Source: a bacterium (GTDB lineage Bacteria > SAR324 > NAC60-12). From it: a stretch of 64,000 nucleotides of DNA. Below, one piece after another: positions 31,516 to 43,000 of this stretch (position 1 is the first letter of the stretch; each line of letters opens with the position of its first letter). The translations under genes and the position numbers were made by a program. The notes under the pieces are model-generated. The model was not told where the DNA came from. It did not search any database and saw nothing but the letters and a program-made list of their open reading frames with translations. Where the stretch lies: contig CBDBHR010000029.1 in assembly GCA_965205865.1 (NCBI GenBank), forward strand, positions 480,001-544,000. The letters run 5' to 3'.

Positions 31516-33349
31516 GATCCTAGCCGAAAAGGTATTTTTTAGAATTATATCTTTAACTTGAGGTTAAAAAGTGCCATAATTCATTGAAATAACTGTGAAT
31601 AACTTCAATATTAAGAATTATGGCACCCAAAATGAAACCATTCATTCGAGCAGAAAAACATCTTATTTTAAGCGCTCCTGATACAGAATTTGAAAATTTC
31701 TTATCAGAACTTGATCAATTGTCTGAGCGAGAGCCGGAGATATTGGACAAAATTGAACAGGATTTGGAGAAATACGCAAGAAATAAAAAGAAAGAGCGTT
31801 TAGAGGATAAACGATGGCAGGAAGCCCGGAATCCATGGCTTCCTCATCTTCCCGTAGAAGATGAGGAATTGAAGCCGGAAGAACTGAGGCTGGAAATAGG
31901 GTGTCCTCGGATGTCGGCTTTTTTAGTCTACCTTTTTATGATGATTCGGGGATATTTAGGAAGTATCAAATCCCAAACGGCCCAAATATTTCTTTCAGAG
32001 TCAATCACACTGCATCTGCTTCTGCTCAACCGTGGATTGAAAATGCCGGGAGCGAGTACAATCCTTGATAATGTCAATGCTGTCAGCAACGAGAGCAGAC
32101 AGTTTATTTTCGATGCTCAAATTCGAATGGTTCTCGATGAAGAGTTGGACGATTTTGATATTTTAAAACTGGATAGCACCTCTGTAAAAGGAAATACAGC
32201 TTGGCCTACTGATTCGTCGATATTGACTCGTCTCGTGGAGCGAAGCTACCATCGAGGGCGTTCCCTTGATACATTTGGAATCGCTGAGATCAGTGAAAGA
32301 AATTTTGATTTCCTCATCAAGGAGATGAATAAGCTCTCTAAGATGATGGCTTTTGAGACAGGTAAAAAGGACAGTAAAACGAAGCGAAAAAAACATTACA
32401 AAACCCTATTGAAGAAAGCTCAAAGCGCTCATGGGAAATTTTTAAAAGAAATGGCAAAGGTGGATATCCGTGCCCAAAAAGCTCTTCTCCCCCCTTCTCG
32501 GAAAACGCGTTTGATTCGCCTCATTGAAATGATGAATGAAGATATTTCTAATTTGCAACGGGTAATCATCTACTGTCATCAAAGAGTTTTTGAAGAAAAG
32601 AAGGTTCCTTCCACTGAGAAAGTATTGAGTCTTTCCGATCAGAGCTCGGCTTATATTCAAAAGGGAGATCGAGAAGCGCTTATCGGATATAAGCCTCAAT
32701 TAGGAAGGAGCGGAAATGGTTTTATTTCCGTGTTAATTACTCCGGAGGGCAATGCTGCTGATTCAGGGCAACTCGACCCTGCCCTTGTTGAACATTTGCG
32801 ATGCACCATCACCATTCCCTCTGAAGTGAGCCTTGATGATGGATATGCCAATCAGGCGATCAGAGAAAAGTGGATGGGCAAAGGCGTTAAGGTTTTTAGT
32901 ATTAGTGGGGCAAAGGGAAAAAAGATGACCCCGATTGAAGAATGGGAAAGTGAAATCTATTTGGAATCACGAAATGGAAGATCTGCTGCAGAGTCGTTGA
33001 TGTTTCATCTTAAGCATCGTTTCCATTTCGGACAAGTTATGCGCAGAGGGATTGAAAACGTTCGGGCAGAGTTGCTGGAAAAAGCATTAACCTATAATTT
33101 TTGCAAAATGATTGAGTTGAAAAAAAGACAACTCAAACAAGCGGCCTGAATATTCAATGGGGGAGTGTGAAATATGAGCAGGGGCGAGGAAAGTATGTCC
33201 AAAAAAGATTTTTTCCCTATAAAAACTGTGCTGTGGGCGAATAAAAAACAAAAATAAATCGTTTTCTCGTCATATTGAATCAAATAGAGAATCAAATAGA
33301 ATCAAATTGGTTACATTTACTATTTTCGAAACCCTTTTCGGCTAGGGTC
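31516..33349 (+). mobile_element. Insertion sequence (IS5-like/ISNCY DDE), apparently intact
   Basis: TIRs GATCCTAGCCGAAAAGG / CCTTTTCGGCTAGGGTC (16/17) enclosing one transposase ORF. Confidence 0.88.
31620..33149 (+). CDS. DDE transposase
   Basis: LDSTSVKGNTAWPTDS, SLDDGY, RSAAESLMFHLK motifs. Confidence 0.88.
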   Translation: MAPKMKPFIRAEKHLILSAPDTEFENFLSELDQLSEREPEILDKIEQDLEKYARNKKKERLEDKRWQEARNPWLPHLPVEDEELKPEELRLEIGCPRMSAFLVYLFMMIRGYLGSIKSQTAQIFLSESITLHLLLLNRGLKMPGASTILDNVNAVSNESRQFIFDAQIRMVLDEELDDFDILKLDSTSVKGNTAWPTDSSILTRLVERSYHRGRSLDTFGIAEISERNFDFLIKEMNKLSKMMAFETGKKDSKTKRKKHYKTLLKKAQSAHGKFLKEMAKVDIRAQKALLPPSRKTRLIRLIEMMNEDISNLQRVIIYCHQRVFEEKKVPSTEKVLSLSDQSSAYIQKGDREALIGYKPQLGRSGNGFISVLITPEGNAADSGQLDPALVEHLRCTITIPSEVSLDDGYANQAIREKWMGKGVKVFSISGAKGKKMTPIEEWESEIYLESRNGRSAAESLMFHLKHRFHFGQVMRRGIENVRAELLEKALTYNFCKMIELKKRQLKQAA

Positions 33350-33402
33350 TAGCTCGGAATGACAGGTCTTTTGAAAAGTGAAATTTAAACCCGTTTAGAG
33401 TA
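33350..33402. mobile_element. Right half of a second copy of the 146-bp MITE
   Basis: Matches the right part of 30655-30800; cut by the IS right end. Confidence 0.88.
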
Positions 33403-33621
33403 TATCAACGAAAGCACCCCCAGACTCCACGAGAATACGAAGAGTTTCTCCTCGTACATTTTCCTCGATCCCGAGAAGAACTGGAGACGCTCACGGAATC
33501 CTTCATGCAGGCGCGTTACGGCGTGGAAAATTGTGATCGTATGGATTTGAATCGCGTCCAAAACGCATGGAAACAACTGCGACGAGAATTAAGAAACAAC
33601 AGGGAGCGCCCGGAAACATGA
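33403..33621 (+). pseudogene. Duplicated 3' end of a DUF4129-like gene
   Basis: Near-identical to 46473-46691. Confidence 0.7.
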
Positions 33622-33678
33622 AGGTCGTAAAGTAAAATTCCGGCAGGTGAAATCCGCAGAAAGAAAACTTCGAGAGTC

Positions 33679-34689
33679 TCAGTCCAGCACTTTCACTTTC
33701 AGCAGGGAGTGATCTTTCTCCAATATTTTAACCCGGTTCTGCAAAGGGCGTCCCATCCCTTCCCAGTGGATTTCCATCAGGTCGTCCTCTTGCAGGAAAA
33801 TGTTTTCCCCGAAGCTCAAACCATCGGCTCCGAAGAAATGAATGTGAGCATCTCCGGGACGGCGATGCTTGGCGTACTTGAAATGATGGTGCTCCGGATT
33901 TTCGATGCTGTGACTCATGTTGGCATTCCCTGTTTTGATCGGTTTGGACCAGACGATTGCTCCCTGTCGTTTGATGGCAACCTCGCCTTGGACGTGATCA
34001 AGCGCCTGTCCGATGACCAATTCCGGCCCCAAGGCGCATTGCCGGAGTTTGGAATGGGTCAGGTAGAGGTAGTTCTTTTTTTCCATCACGTGGTCGGAAA
34101 ACTCATTGCCGGTGCTGAAGCCGATACGACAGGGCCTTCCTTGCGGATCGATAATATAAACTCCGGCAACTTCGGGCTCCTCACCTCCATCTTCGGCAAA
34201 GGGGAAAACCTCCAGGGCGTCTCCATGAGCCTACAGGATATCCCCTTCCCCCTTGTAGAACCACTCGGGTTGCGCCCCGGCATTTGCCGAATGGGGGCAT
34301 CCTCCTTCAACCCCCAAGTTGTACATTTTCATGCTGTCACTGGGTTCTGCATGAGCAGCTTGCCCTTTATGCATACTGTCCCGGTCCAGCGCGCTGTTTT
34401 TATGAGTCAGTCCGGTCCCCGTAATCAAACAGCGGGTCGGATTGTGCGGGAAATCGAAAGCCGGGAGTAATTTCCAATCCGACTGACCCGTGTAGATCGC
34501 GTCATAGTCCAGGCGATTTTCCGATCGATGCGCTTCAATCAAATCAGAAAGCCGCCCCTGCCGGGAAACCGACTCCCACGCCAATTCATAAGCAGATTTG
34601 TATTTTTCCAGCAAAACCAGTTCATTCGCTTCCACTCGCGCCACCCGCCGTCCATGCTCGGGGTGTTGCAGTTGCACCAGACTTGTCAT
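33679..34689 (-). pseudogene. AraD1/GguC-like (FAH superfamily) gene copy with an in-frame TAG at 34231-34233
   Basis: Same 1011-bp length and frame as 46749-47759; a Lys codon is replaced by TAG. Confidence 0.88.
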
Positions 34690-34868
34690 ATCAGGGCTCC
34701 ATATTTATGGTTTTGAAGGATTATCAGTTCGAAATATCAACAAATCCATCAGTCATTGATTATCCACAAGATTTTAAAATTCACTTTAGAAAATCATATT
34801 CAATTTGGACCATTGGAAAGAATTAAGTCAGAGAATCTATTCCATTTTTAGATCCGGATTATTCATAA

Positions 34869-34992
34869 TGCTAACGGCGAAATAACCGGTCCGCTCTCAG
34901 CTTAAAATGAATGATATTTTTTGCGCTTGCCATGCTCTCAAATCGAAGCAAAGCATGCTGTGGTAAGGCTCCGGTTGATTGACAGCTTAGCT
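34869..34992 (-). other. Integron attC-like recombination site
   Basis: Minus strand AGCTAAG (toxin stop; one mismatch to RYYYAAC)...GTTAGCA; arms AAT-C-AACCGG / CCGGTTATT with an extra C; 124 bp. Confidence 0.7.
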
Positions 34993-35280
34993 CATTCTTG
35001 ACTGCCAGTACCAAGGTTTTCGATGCATATGGGCAATCGCCCAGATAACAACTCTGTCTTTCTCTGAGGAATAGAGAATCTTATAAGGAAATTTAGGCAC
35101 ATAAGCTTTGTGAATATTATCCGATTCGATCAAAAACCAATTGGGATTCTTTTTGATTGTTTTGAGTTGATCCATTACTGATTTTTTAAATTGTTTTCCC
35201 AACCCTTTTGATTGGAGTTCGTACCATTCAATTGCTTCGTCGAATTCTTTGGCGGTCAATTCATGAATATCAATCTTCAT
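34987..35280 (-). CDS. RelE/ParE-family toxin
   Basis: EFDEAIEWYE..SKGLG...KFPYKILY...AIAHMHRKPWYW. Confidence 0.88.
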   Translation of the reverse strand: MKIDIHELTAKEFDEAIEWYELQSKGLGKQFKKSVMDQLKTIKKNPNWFLIESDNIHKAYVPKFPYKILYSSEKDRVVIWAIAHMHRKPWYWQSRMS

Positions 35281-35476
35281 GATATAGATCCTCAAAGTCT
35301 AATAATTTGGCTTTCCCTGCATTGACGGCTTTTATCCGTGCTTTGACTTCCATAATCCATGATTGACGAATTTCTTCTTCTTCGTAATCAATGCTCGCCA
35401 GAATTAATTCAGCAAAGGCAACCCTTTCGTTAGGTGGCATCTCTAACGCTTTCTCTAAAAGAATTTTTTCCATCAT
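35270..35476 (-). CDS. Addiction-module antitoxin
   Basis: ALEMPPNERVAFAELILASID...SWIMEVKARI. Confidence 0.88.
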   Translation of the reverse strand: MMEKILLEKALEMPPNERVAFAELILASIDYEEEEIRQSWIMEVKARIKAVNAGKAKLLDFEDLYHED

Positions 35477-35664
35477 GTTTCTCCTTTTCCGGGCTCCGGA
35501 CATTGAAGTAGATTTTCAGAAAGAGATTCAGACAAACATACTGTATGGTGGAGTTACCACAACAACCAAGCTTACAGGAGTTTGCCATGTTTTCTCTTCC
35601 CATTGAATCTATAATCTTTTTAGAGTCATATAGACAGTTTTTTTCTCCATCGGTTTGGGGATTA

Positions 35665-36297
35665 AGCTTGGACCAGACAATCGTTCCCTGACGTTTGATG
35701 GCAACCTCGCCCTGGACGTAATCCAGCCTCCGTCCAATGATCAATTCCGGTCCCAATGCGCACTGCCGTGGTGTAGATCGCATCATAATGCAAGCGACAC
35801 CGCGATTAATGCGCTTCAATCAAATCGGAAAGCCGCCCCTGCCGGCTGATCGCCTCCCACGCCAAATCATAAGCGGAGTTGTAATCATCGAGCAAAACCA
35901 ACTCATTCGCTTCCACTCGCGCCACCCGCCGTCTATACTCGGGGGGTTGCAGTTGTACCACACTTGTCATAACAGGACTCCCTGTTTCAGGTTATTTGGG
36001 ATTTTTTAATGTTAAAGGGTTTCATGCATGCTTCGCATTTGATAGCGTGTCAAGGACTTGTGGTAAAAAACAGGCGTAGTCATTTTAAAAGGGTATCGAG
36101 AACCCAGCGCGACAGTCAGAGTAAAACAGAAAACAGCGAAAAACAATACCAAAGTCCTTTGTGTTTCTGTTTGATTCATCAAATAAATCGTGATAGGAAA
36201 CGAGAAAATAACGAGGAATTTGGTGAAATGAAGTCCAAACTCCAGGTCCGAATTGTTTTGGAACCAAAATAATGAGAATAAAAATGGAAGAATTATA
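35665..36297 (-). pseudogene. Third, internally deleted copy of the araD1-like gene with its upstream region
   Basis: Segments match 47015-47110, 47565-47760 and 47760-48078. Confidence 0.8.
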
Positions 36298-37329
36298 TAC
36301 TTTAGACAGGTAATATTTTCATATTCATGAGATACTTTTTAAAATCTCAAATTCGAAGGAGCCTCTCATGATTAAAGTATCGTTTACTAAAGAAATCATT
36401 CGTAAGCTGGATTATGAACGCTATCATTATCCTCATCCTCAGATTCAAAGAAGGCTGGAAACGCTTTACCTGAAGAGTCGATGTTTATCTCACAGTGAAA
36501 TATGCCGTTTGTGCCATATCACAGAGAAAACCTTAAGTACCTGGTTAAAAATCTATCGAGATTCAGGTCTGGAGGGTCTGAAAATTCTCAATTACAAAGG
36601 ACAACCGAGTGCACTCAATGTAGTCCCACGCAGACCAAAGAATTTCTAAAACGAATAGGACTCAAACTTCGCAAAGTCGGACATGTGCCTGGTAAAGCTC
36701 TCAATCCGGATAAAATTCAAGAACAGGAGCACTTTCAAAAAAACAAATTAGAACCACGACTTGAGGAAGCTAAAGAAGGGAAAAGAAGCCTTTTTTTGTA
36801 GATGCCGCTCACTTTGTTCATGGAGCGTTTTTAGGCTACCTTTGGTGCTTTACTCGAATTTTTATTCCCTCTCCTTCCGGGAGAAAACGTTTCAATGTTT
36901 TGGGTGCGATCAATGCGGTGAGCAAAGAAATTATCACCGTTAGCAATCAAACTTATATCAACGCAGAGAGTGTTTGTCAGTTGTTGATTCAACTTGCCGA
37001 ACTGAATTTAAAAATTCCTCTCACTCTTGTGCTGGATAATGCTCGATATCAAAAATGCGCGTTGGTGCGAAATTGTGCCGAGATGCTGGGAATCGAACTG
37101 CTTTATCTTCCTGCTTATTCTCCACATCTCAATTTGATTGAACGCTTTTGGAAGTTTGTCAAAAAACAGTGTCTCTATTCAAAATATTACGAGACTTTCC
37201 CAGAGTTTAAATAAGCGATTGAGCAATGTCTCGAGGAGGCAAATTCAACACACCAACAGAAACTGGAATCTCTCTTGACTTGGAATTTTCAATCTTTTAA
37301 ATATGTGAATAAATCACCCGTTTTAAGTA
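36298..37329 (+). mobile_element. IS630-family element, degenerate transposase (frameshifts, premature stop)
   Basis: TA-flanked TAC.../...GTA imperfect TIRs; VDAAHF, VLDNARYQ, LPAYSPHLNLIERFWK. Confidence 0.88.
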
Positions 37330-37365
37330 TAGTTGGTCGGCGTTGAAAAAGCTGTTGAGTCCCTT
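37330..37365. repeat. 36-bp direct repeat (copy at 45522-45557)
   Basis: TAGTTGGTCGGCGTTGAAAAAGCTGTTGAGTCCCTT occurs twice. Confidence 0.9.
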
Positions 37366-37493
37366 ATCAGCTTTTGGATCATATTGGTATTACAGCTATT
37401 TTGTAACTGAAAACCCTACGCGGGCCGCTGTAGCTGAGCACTGATAGCATTTTCGCGATAGTGACTAGGTAGAGGTTATTCATTCCGCGAAGA

Positions 37494-37892
37494 ATGAAGG
37501 GCAAAGTGGCAATTGAAAGAGTCGCAGATATTACCCCAGAAACAGTCGTTCATAGGGTTGGCGGCGGAAACGCAGATAACCTGCGACTATCAATACTGGA
37601 GGAGAAATTGATGCCGCCGGGAATTTCTATCCTTTTGGGCGGGACACCTCAGCAAGCAGCTACTCAGATGAGACAAGCCTTTCCAAGATCCCGAAAGTGG
37701 CGACGTACCGCCCACACCGTTGGGACGACCACAGCGGCAGCGTTGCGACAGGCAGGCTTTGAAATTGTACCCGATTCCACGCCTCGTTTTCCCAACCATG
37801 CTCGCCTGACCCATCTCAATGGCGTGGCGGGTTTCACCAATGCTAATCTGGAAAGGTTGGCACAGACTTTTCGAGACACGAGGGGATGCTAA
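37494..37892 (+). CDS. Hypothetical protein, possible ADP-ribosyltransferase-fold toxin domain
   Basis: VHRVGG...PGIS...GFEIVPDSTPRFPNHARL pattern. Confidence 0.5.
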   Translation: MKGKVAIERVADITPETVVHRVGGGNADNLRLSILEEKLMPPGISILLGGTPQQAATQMRQAFPRSRKWRRTAHTVGTTTAAALRQAGFEIVPDSTPRFPNHARLTHLNGVAGFTNANLERLAQTFRDTRGC

Positions 37893-38281
37893 TTATGAAA
37901 CTGTATGCCAAACAATTGGTTGACCTGATCGACGCCCAACAGCGGCAGATCGGCCAAATGAAGATTGAACGCAATGAAAATCATCTCATCTTCGGCAAGT
38001 TTTTCCCAAGTTCCGATTTTTCCACCGTAAAGCGCCTCTTTGAGGATTTCGAGGAGGCGGTTAACCTTCAAGCCCTCAGTGTCGTCGATGAACTGGACAC
38101 TAAAATTGCAGCACTTGGGTTGTACTTACGTACACCGGATGGATCGCAACGTATTGAAATCTATGATGCGCAAATCTGGAGCGATGGTGACATGACATGT
38201 CAGCTGTGCGATAGAACCCTTGCTCCCATAGAAGTGCGGAAGTCGACAGAACTGATCCAAGTCACGGAACCGCCTACCTAA
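37886..38281 (+). CDS. Hypothetical protein, possible immunity/antitoxin
   Basis: Acidic 131-aa ORF overlapping the upstream gene end. Confidence 0.5.
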   Translation: MLIMKLYAKQLVDLIDAQQRQIGQMKIERNENHLIFGKFFPSSDFSTVKRLFEDFEEAVNLQALSVVDELDTKIAALGLYLRTPDGSQRIEIYDAQIWSDGDMTCQLCDRTLAPIEVRKSTELIQVTEPPT

Positions 38282-38290
38282 CCAAGCGTT

Positions 38291-38623
38291 GTGGATCCAC
38301 TTCGAAGATCTCATGGATCAGCCGTGCCCAACTCGCGCTGGCTTTAGCCTTTCCTTTGATCTTTTCCCTCTCCATTGGGCTCTCTCCTTTTTTTTTCTCT
38401 CCTTGCCTCGATAAGAACTGCTATAGATGCCATAATAATAAGTGATCGTTTCGTATGGTGAGGGAAGATGCCCTGCCAAAAAAGCCATAAACTCAAATAC
38501 TTCGTAATGGACCTTCTTGGCGGAGGACATTTTGTTTTGATAGTTCCTTTCAAACGCCTCAAAGCTGGCTTCAATAATGCGGTAGTATTCTGTTTTTTCG
38601 GGATGACGTCGCTTATAGATCAA
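38291..38623 (-). mobile_element. Internally deleted IS91 transposase derivative
   Basis: N-terminal 28 codons (..FERNY) fused in frame to QNKMSSAKK of the C-terminal part. Confidence 0.85.
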
Positions 38624-38841
38624 TGAATAATTCTCCTAATAGTTCATTATATCTTCCATCTTCAGTCTTAGAATTGGGCATTGTCAGGAAATGAATACCT
38701 CACTAAGTTCGTTTTAGGTTCCACCCACAAGATAGGCGCAGCTTTGTAATCCGGATCCTCCTACCATTCATTGGGTCGAGAATGAGTTTATCGATTGGAG
38801 AGATAGAAGCTGAAGAACACAGAAATGTTATTTATATCTTG

Positions 38842-39027
38842 CTACCCTTTCCAGCCGAGGCTGTAGAAGACCTCGCCCAGGCCGGTCAAGTCGCCGATCC
38901 ATATCGTTGCTCCGGTGGTTATGACACCCAGCGCCACCAGCCCGTACATGCGGGACATGGCGTCGGTATAGATCGCGTTGGCCTGAGTTCTGTTGAAGGG
39001 TACGCTGAAGTACTCTTGGGTAGACAT
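38842..39027 (-). pseudogene. 5' fragment of a Bax inhibitor-1/YccA-like membrane protein gene
   Basis: AMSRMYGLVALGVITTG; ends where GC content drops. Confidence 0.5.
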
Positions 39028-39163
39028 GACGAAGCGAATTCTCCTCAGATCAAGGTGTCGTCACTCCCTAAATTATAGCAAATGGATCGGCCTGACGTTC
39101 AACTCGACTCCTCGTTGAACGCTTCACGTAACAATCCGACGAGCGGTAGGCTCGCATCTTCGT

Positions 39164-40002
39164 TCATGCGGTCGTGTATACAGCCTGCACGACCCTGATG
39201 CGCCCCTCGATAAGGTTACGACGGACGTTCTCAATGCGATCCCGATAATCCGGACCGAGGAGCGCTTCGAGCGCACCCGGGTGTCTCCCCGCCCCTCTGG
39301 ACTCTACCGGTTTCAGCGCCCATTCGATGCTGTCTTGGGTGTCGTCCAGCCATTCGACCTGCGAGAGGCCGCATTCGAGGAGCGTTGCCTTCATGTGATC
39401 GGGACTTACGAGGAAGCTGTACGACGAGTTGATCGCCCACGGAGTCGGGTAATACGGAGGCAAGACGCTACCGGTCACGATTTCGTGAATGGTGAGCTTT
39501 CCTCCGGACCGAAGCACCCGTCGCGCCTCATGGTAGAGGCGGCACTTGTCGGAGACGTTCATACCTACGTGCTCATCCAGACCACGCCAAACGACGTGTC
39601 GCCATAGGACAGATCGAGGGCATTGCCGACATGTAGTAAGACGGCATCACCTAGACCGACTCGCTCAGTGAGCAGTCGGCCCGCATCCACATAGCTCTCC
39701 GTGATGTCGACGCTGGTCACATGACAGCTGTACTCGACCGCCAGCGTGCGCACCGGTCCGCCAATACCGCAGCCAACGTGGAGGACAAAAGCCCCCGGAT
39801 GAAGACCGGCGAGTCTGGCGAGGTCACGAGTGGCGGCACGACCGCGAGCGTGGAGGTTCTCGAAAGGGGCGAGGTCGTCCGACGTAAGGTTGTCGATGTC
39901 TTTCCCTCCGGCCTTCAACGCTTCTAGGAGCGCGTCGCCGAGATGCGGTCTGCCGTAGTGGGAGGGCCTCGAGGAGTCGTATGGCTTCTTGGATGCGGAC
40001 AA
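39164..40002 (-). pseudogene. Class I SAM methyltransferase, 1-bp frameshift near 39573
   Basis: VLHVGCGIGGP motif I; adding one C restores VWMQHVGMNVSDK. Confidence 0.8.
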
Positions 40003-40003
40003 C

Positions 40004-43000
40004 TCAGGAGAACGTTACTAAGTCAGGCTCGTCTGTACCCGCCTCGGATGCCGCATTCAAGACCAGCGCTCGGAATAGCTCGACGACCGTTGGGTGACAG
40101 GTGAAGACTAGCACTTGGTTGGTACTCGACAGCTCCGTGAAGGCGACGGCAGCGCGTAGCGCTCGGTCGGGATCGAAATTCACGAGGATCTCGTCCACGA
40201 CGACGGGGAGCGGCTCGGTCCGCTCTCCTAACTCGCGTATCAGCCCGAACCGGAGGGATAGGAAGAGTTGCTCCCGCGTGCCGCGGCTGAGTTCGGACGG
40301 CTGTTTCGTCCGTCCGTCGGCGTCCGTGACCGTAATCGTCTGCTCACCGAGGGGAGCGTAGACCTGCCGGTATCTTCCCTCGGTGATCTCGGTGAAGAAC
40401 TTCTCAGCGTGGCGAACGACTCCCGGCTGGCGCTCGCGCTCGAACTTCCGGCGCGCCTCACTGAGTAGACTCTGCGCGAGAGTGAGCCGCGTCCACGCGC
40501 GCGCGTGCCCCTTGATCTGCTCCAGGCGAACGTTCCGTTCCATCCGAAGTCGTGAGGACTCCTCTTCGCTGACGAGTCTATCTAGTTCGGCCCGAATGGC
40601 ACCACGCTCGGTTGACAACTCCTCCCGCCCAGCGCTGGCAACCGCCAGTTCTTCCTCCAGCGCGGCTATTGCGTCGTCGATTGACTGAGGGTCCGTGTTG
40701 GCGAGGTCGGCCTTCAGTCTTACGAGCGATTCGCCCGGGCCGCTGAGGCGCTGGAGGCGGTCCATGGCATTGTGTGCCTTCTCTTCCAGACTCGTCCTCC
40801 TTTCGAAGAGACCGGCACGCGTGCGAAACTCCTCGGCGTTCTCGGCGCCGCCGGAGCGGAGAAGCTGCCCAAGCTCCTCTTCGGCCTTTTGGAGTTCATT
40901 CCTGCGCTCTTCCAACCGGAGTTCCGCGTCTTCAAGCTCGGCCTCCGCGCCCTCTCGTTTCCTGACGCGCTCCTGGACCTCTTTCAGCAACTCGACGAGA
41001 CGATCGGCGGCCGCGGCAACGGTGCGCGCGTCGTTCCTGTCGAATGTGACATCGAAGGCCGATGAAAGAGGCTCGACGGCCTCGACGTATTCCTTGATGG
41101 CCTTCTCGATGGCCTTGATGCGCTGCTGCCAGCTTCGCACATTTTCATGGTGACTGCGTGCGGTCTTGATTTGCTCTTGAAGTCTAACGACCGTTTCCGG
41201 AGTGAGAGAGTCTTGCAGATTGTGCGCTCGGAGCCATTCCTCCCACTTCAACTGTACTGCGTCCCGATGCTTCTCTCTTTCCACTAGTTGGTGTCTAGCC
41301 TTCTCTAGTTCTTCTTCAGCGCCCGTTCGCGCTCTGACTTTCCGCTCGACCTCTCCGTGCAGTTCGATCAATATGTCCGCAACCCCGGCCACGGTACGAA
41401 GATCGTTACTGTTGAACGGAACATCGAAAGCCGTCGCAAGCGGCTCGACGGCCTCAGCGTATTCGCCGATATCTTTCTCGATAGCCTTTATCCGCTGTCG
41501 CCAAGTACGTACGCTCGATAGGTGGGTGATTCCGAGCTCTACCTTGCCTCGAAGCTCAACGACCGTATCAGGGACGAAAGTATCTCGCAGCTCCCGTGCT
41601 TGGAGCCACTGCTTCCATGCTTCCTGAACTGCTTCGTGCTGCTCTCTCGCCGCGTCAAGAGTTTCTTTGGCTTGGTCGGCTTGACGCTTCCTTTGTCCAG
41701 CCAACTCACGTGCGCGGTCGAGAACTCCTGAGAGATCGTCCCATGCTCGGATTGAAGTCTCCTGGTCGTCGAGAACCCCTTCGGCGGTTATGAGGGAAGT
41801 TGCATTAATAGTCTCGATTTCGAGAGATGCTGCGCCTAGTTTGAGGGCCGATCGGTGATCCGTAAGCTCTGTCTCGGCGCGGTTTAAAGACTCGCGGAGA
41901 GGGGAGGTAGTGGGAGCCTCGGCGTCCACGCCCGAAGACGACAAACTTGACTTGAACAGATACGCGGCAATACCGATCACTAGGCCAGCGACAATACAGA
42001 CAATACCGAATATAAGGGCGGAATCGTCGAGTCCAGCTACTCCAGCCAGAAGTGCCGATGCTCCGGCCAGAACCGTGATGCCAGCAAGAACGCCAACGGT
42101 TGCGACCACCTTGCCTGCGTTTTTACGTCCGTCGTCGGAGTCAGCCCGACTCACAAGGCTGCTAAGCTGATCCTGCAGGGTAGTGACACGCTCCTGGACG
42201 GATTGAATTTGACGGAGTCGCGAGTCCATGGCGCGAATCTGCGCGTGCTGATCTCGTATCTGTTCGGCATTCAGGCTTGGTCTATCGCTTGCATTGAGAT
42301 CCTGTTCGGCCTTGTTTTCCTCCTCAACGGCCTCCTTTAGCGAGGTTTTGGCTTGGGCGAGAGCGGTGCCGAGTCGGTCAAGCTCCCCGGTCGCATCCCG
42401 CAGGCGTTCCTGATAATGGGTAATCTCCTCTCGAACAGCTATGGACAGGTCAAAGGTTTCAAGGCGTACTTCATTCCAGTCGGAGCCCAAGTCTCTCAGA
42501 GTTTCGGACAAGTTTCTTTCATACCCTTCCAGTTCGTCCTCACGTTCTGGCAAGTCATGGACGGAGTTGTCGAAAGACGTGCGTCCTCTTTCCAAGGCAC
42601 GGATATCGTCCGAGTATGTGAGAATGGACTCATGCTTGGTAAGTTTCCCACCCGCTTTCAACGCGGCTTCAGCTTGCTGAACGTTGGAATCGGCCTGCCG
42701 AAAACGTTCCGCACTCTCTTGCAGGCGTATTCCGTATTCTCCAATCTCTTGACTTGCGGTTATAGGCAGATCGAAGGTTTCTATGCGGGTCTCGTCCCAG
42801 TCAGGGCCTAAGTCTCTTAGGGTGTCGGCCAGAGTCCTTTTGTGACCCTCGAGCTCGGTCTTCCGATCCGGGAGGTCTTGAACGGAGTTGTCGAAGGAAG
42901 TGCGGCCCCGTTCCAAGCCGCGAATGTCGGGCGAGTGTTTGAGAATATCCTCGTGTTCTACCCGCACGTCCGCCGCACGTCCAGCCTCTGCCACTCGGAG

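Noticed and set aside
33277-33308. GAATCAAATAGA short tandem repeat inside the IS
   Set aside because: Minor slippage-type repeat with no spacers
34231-34233. Pyrrolysine/amber read-through in the araD1-like copy
   Set aside because: The intact paralog has Lys here, a single substitution explains the TAG, and no pyl genes are in the window
33709-34470. Long antisense ORFs (also 24818-25465, 49549-50265, 56831-57628 and others)
   Set aside because: Shadows of well-supported genes on the opposite strand
36785-36801. Programmed -1 frameshift in IS630 at the T-run
   Set aside because: The element has other lesions and the window has several homopolymer indels, so it cannot be distinguished from decay or error
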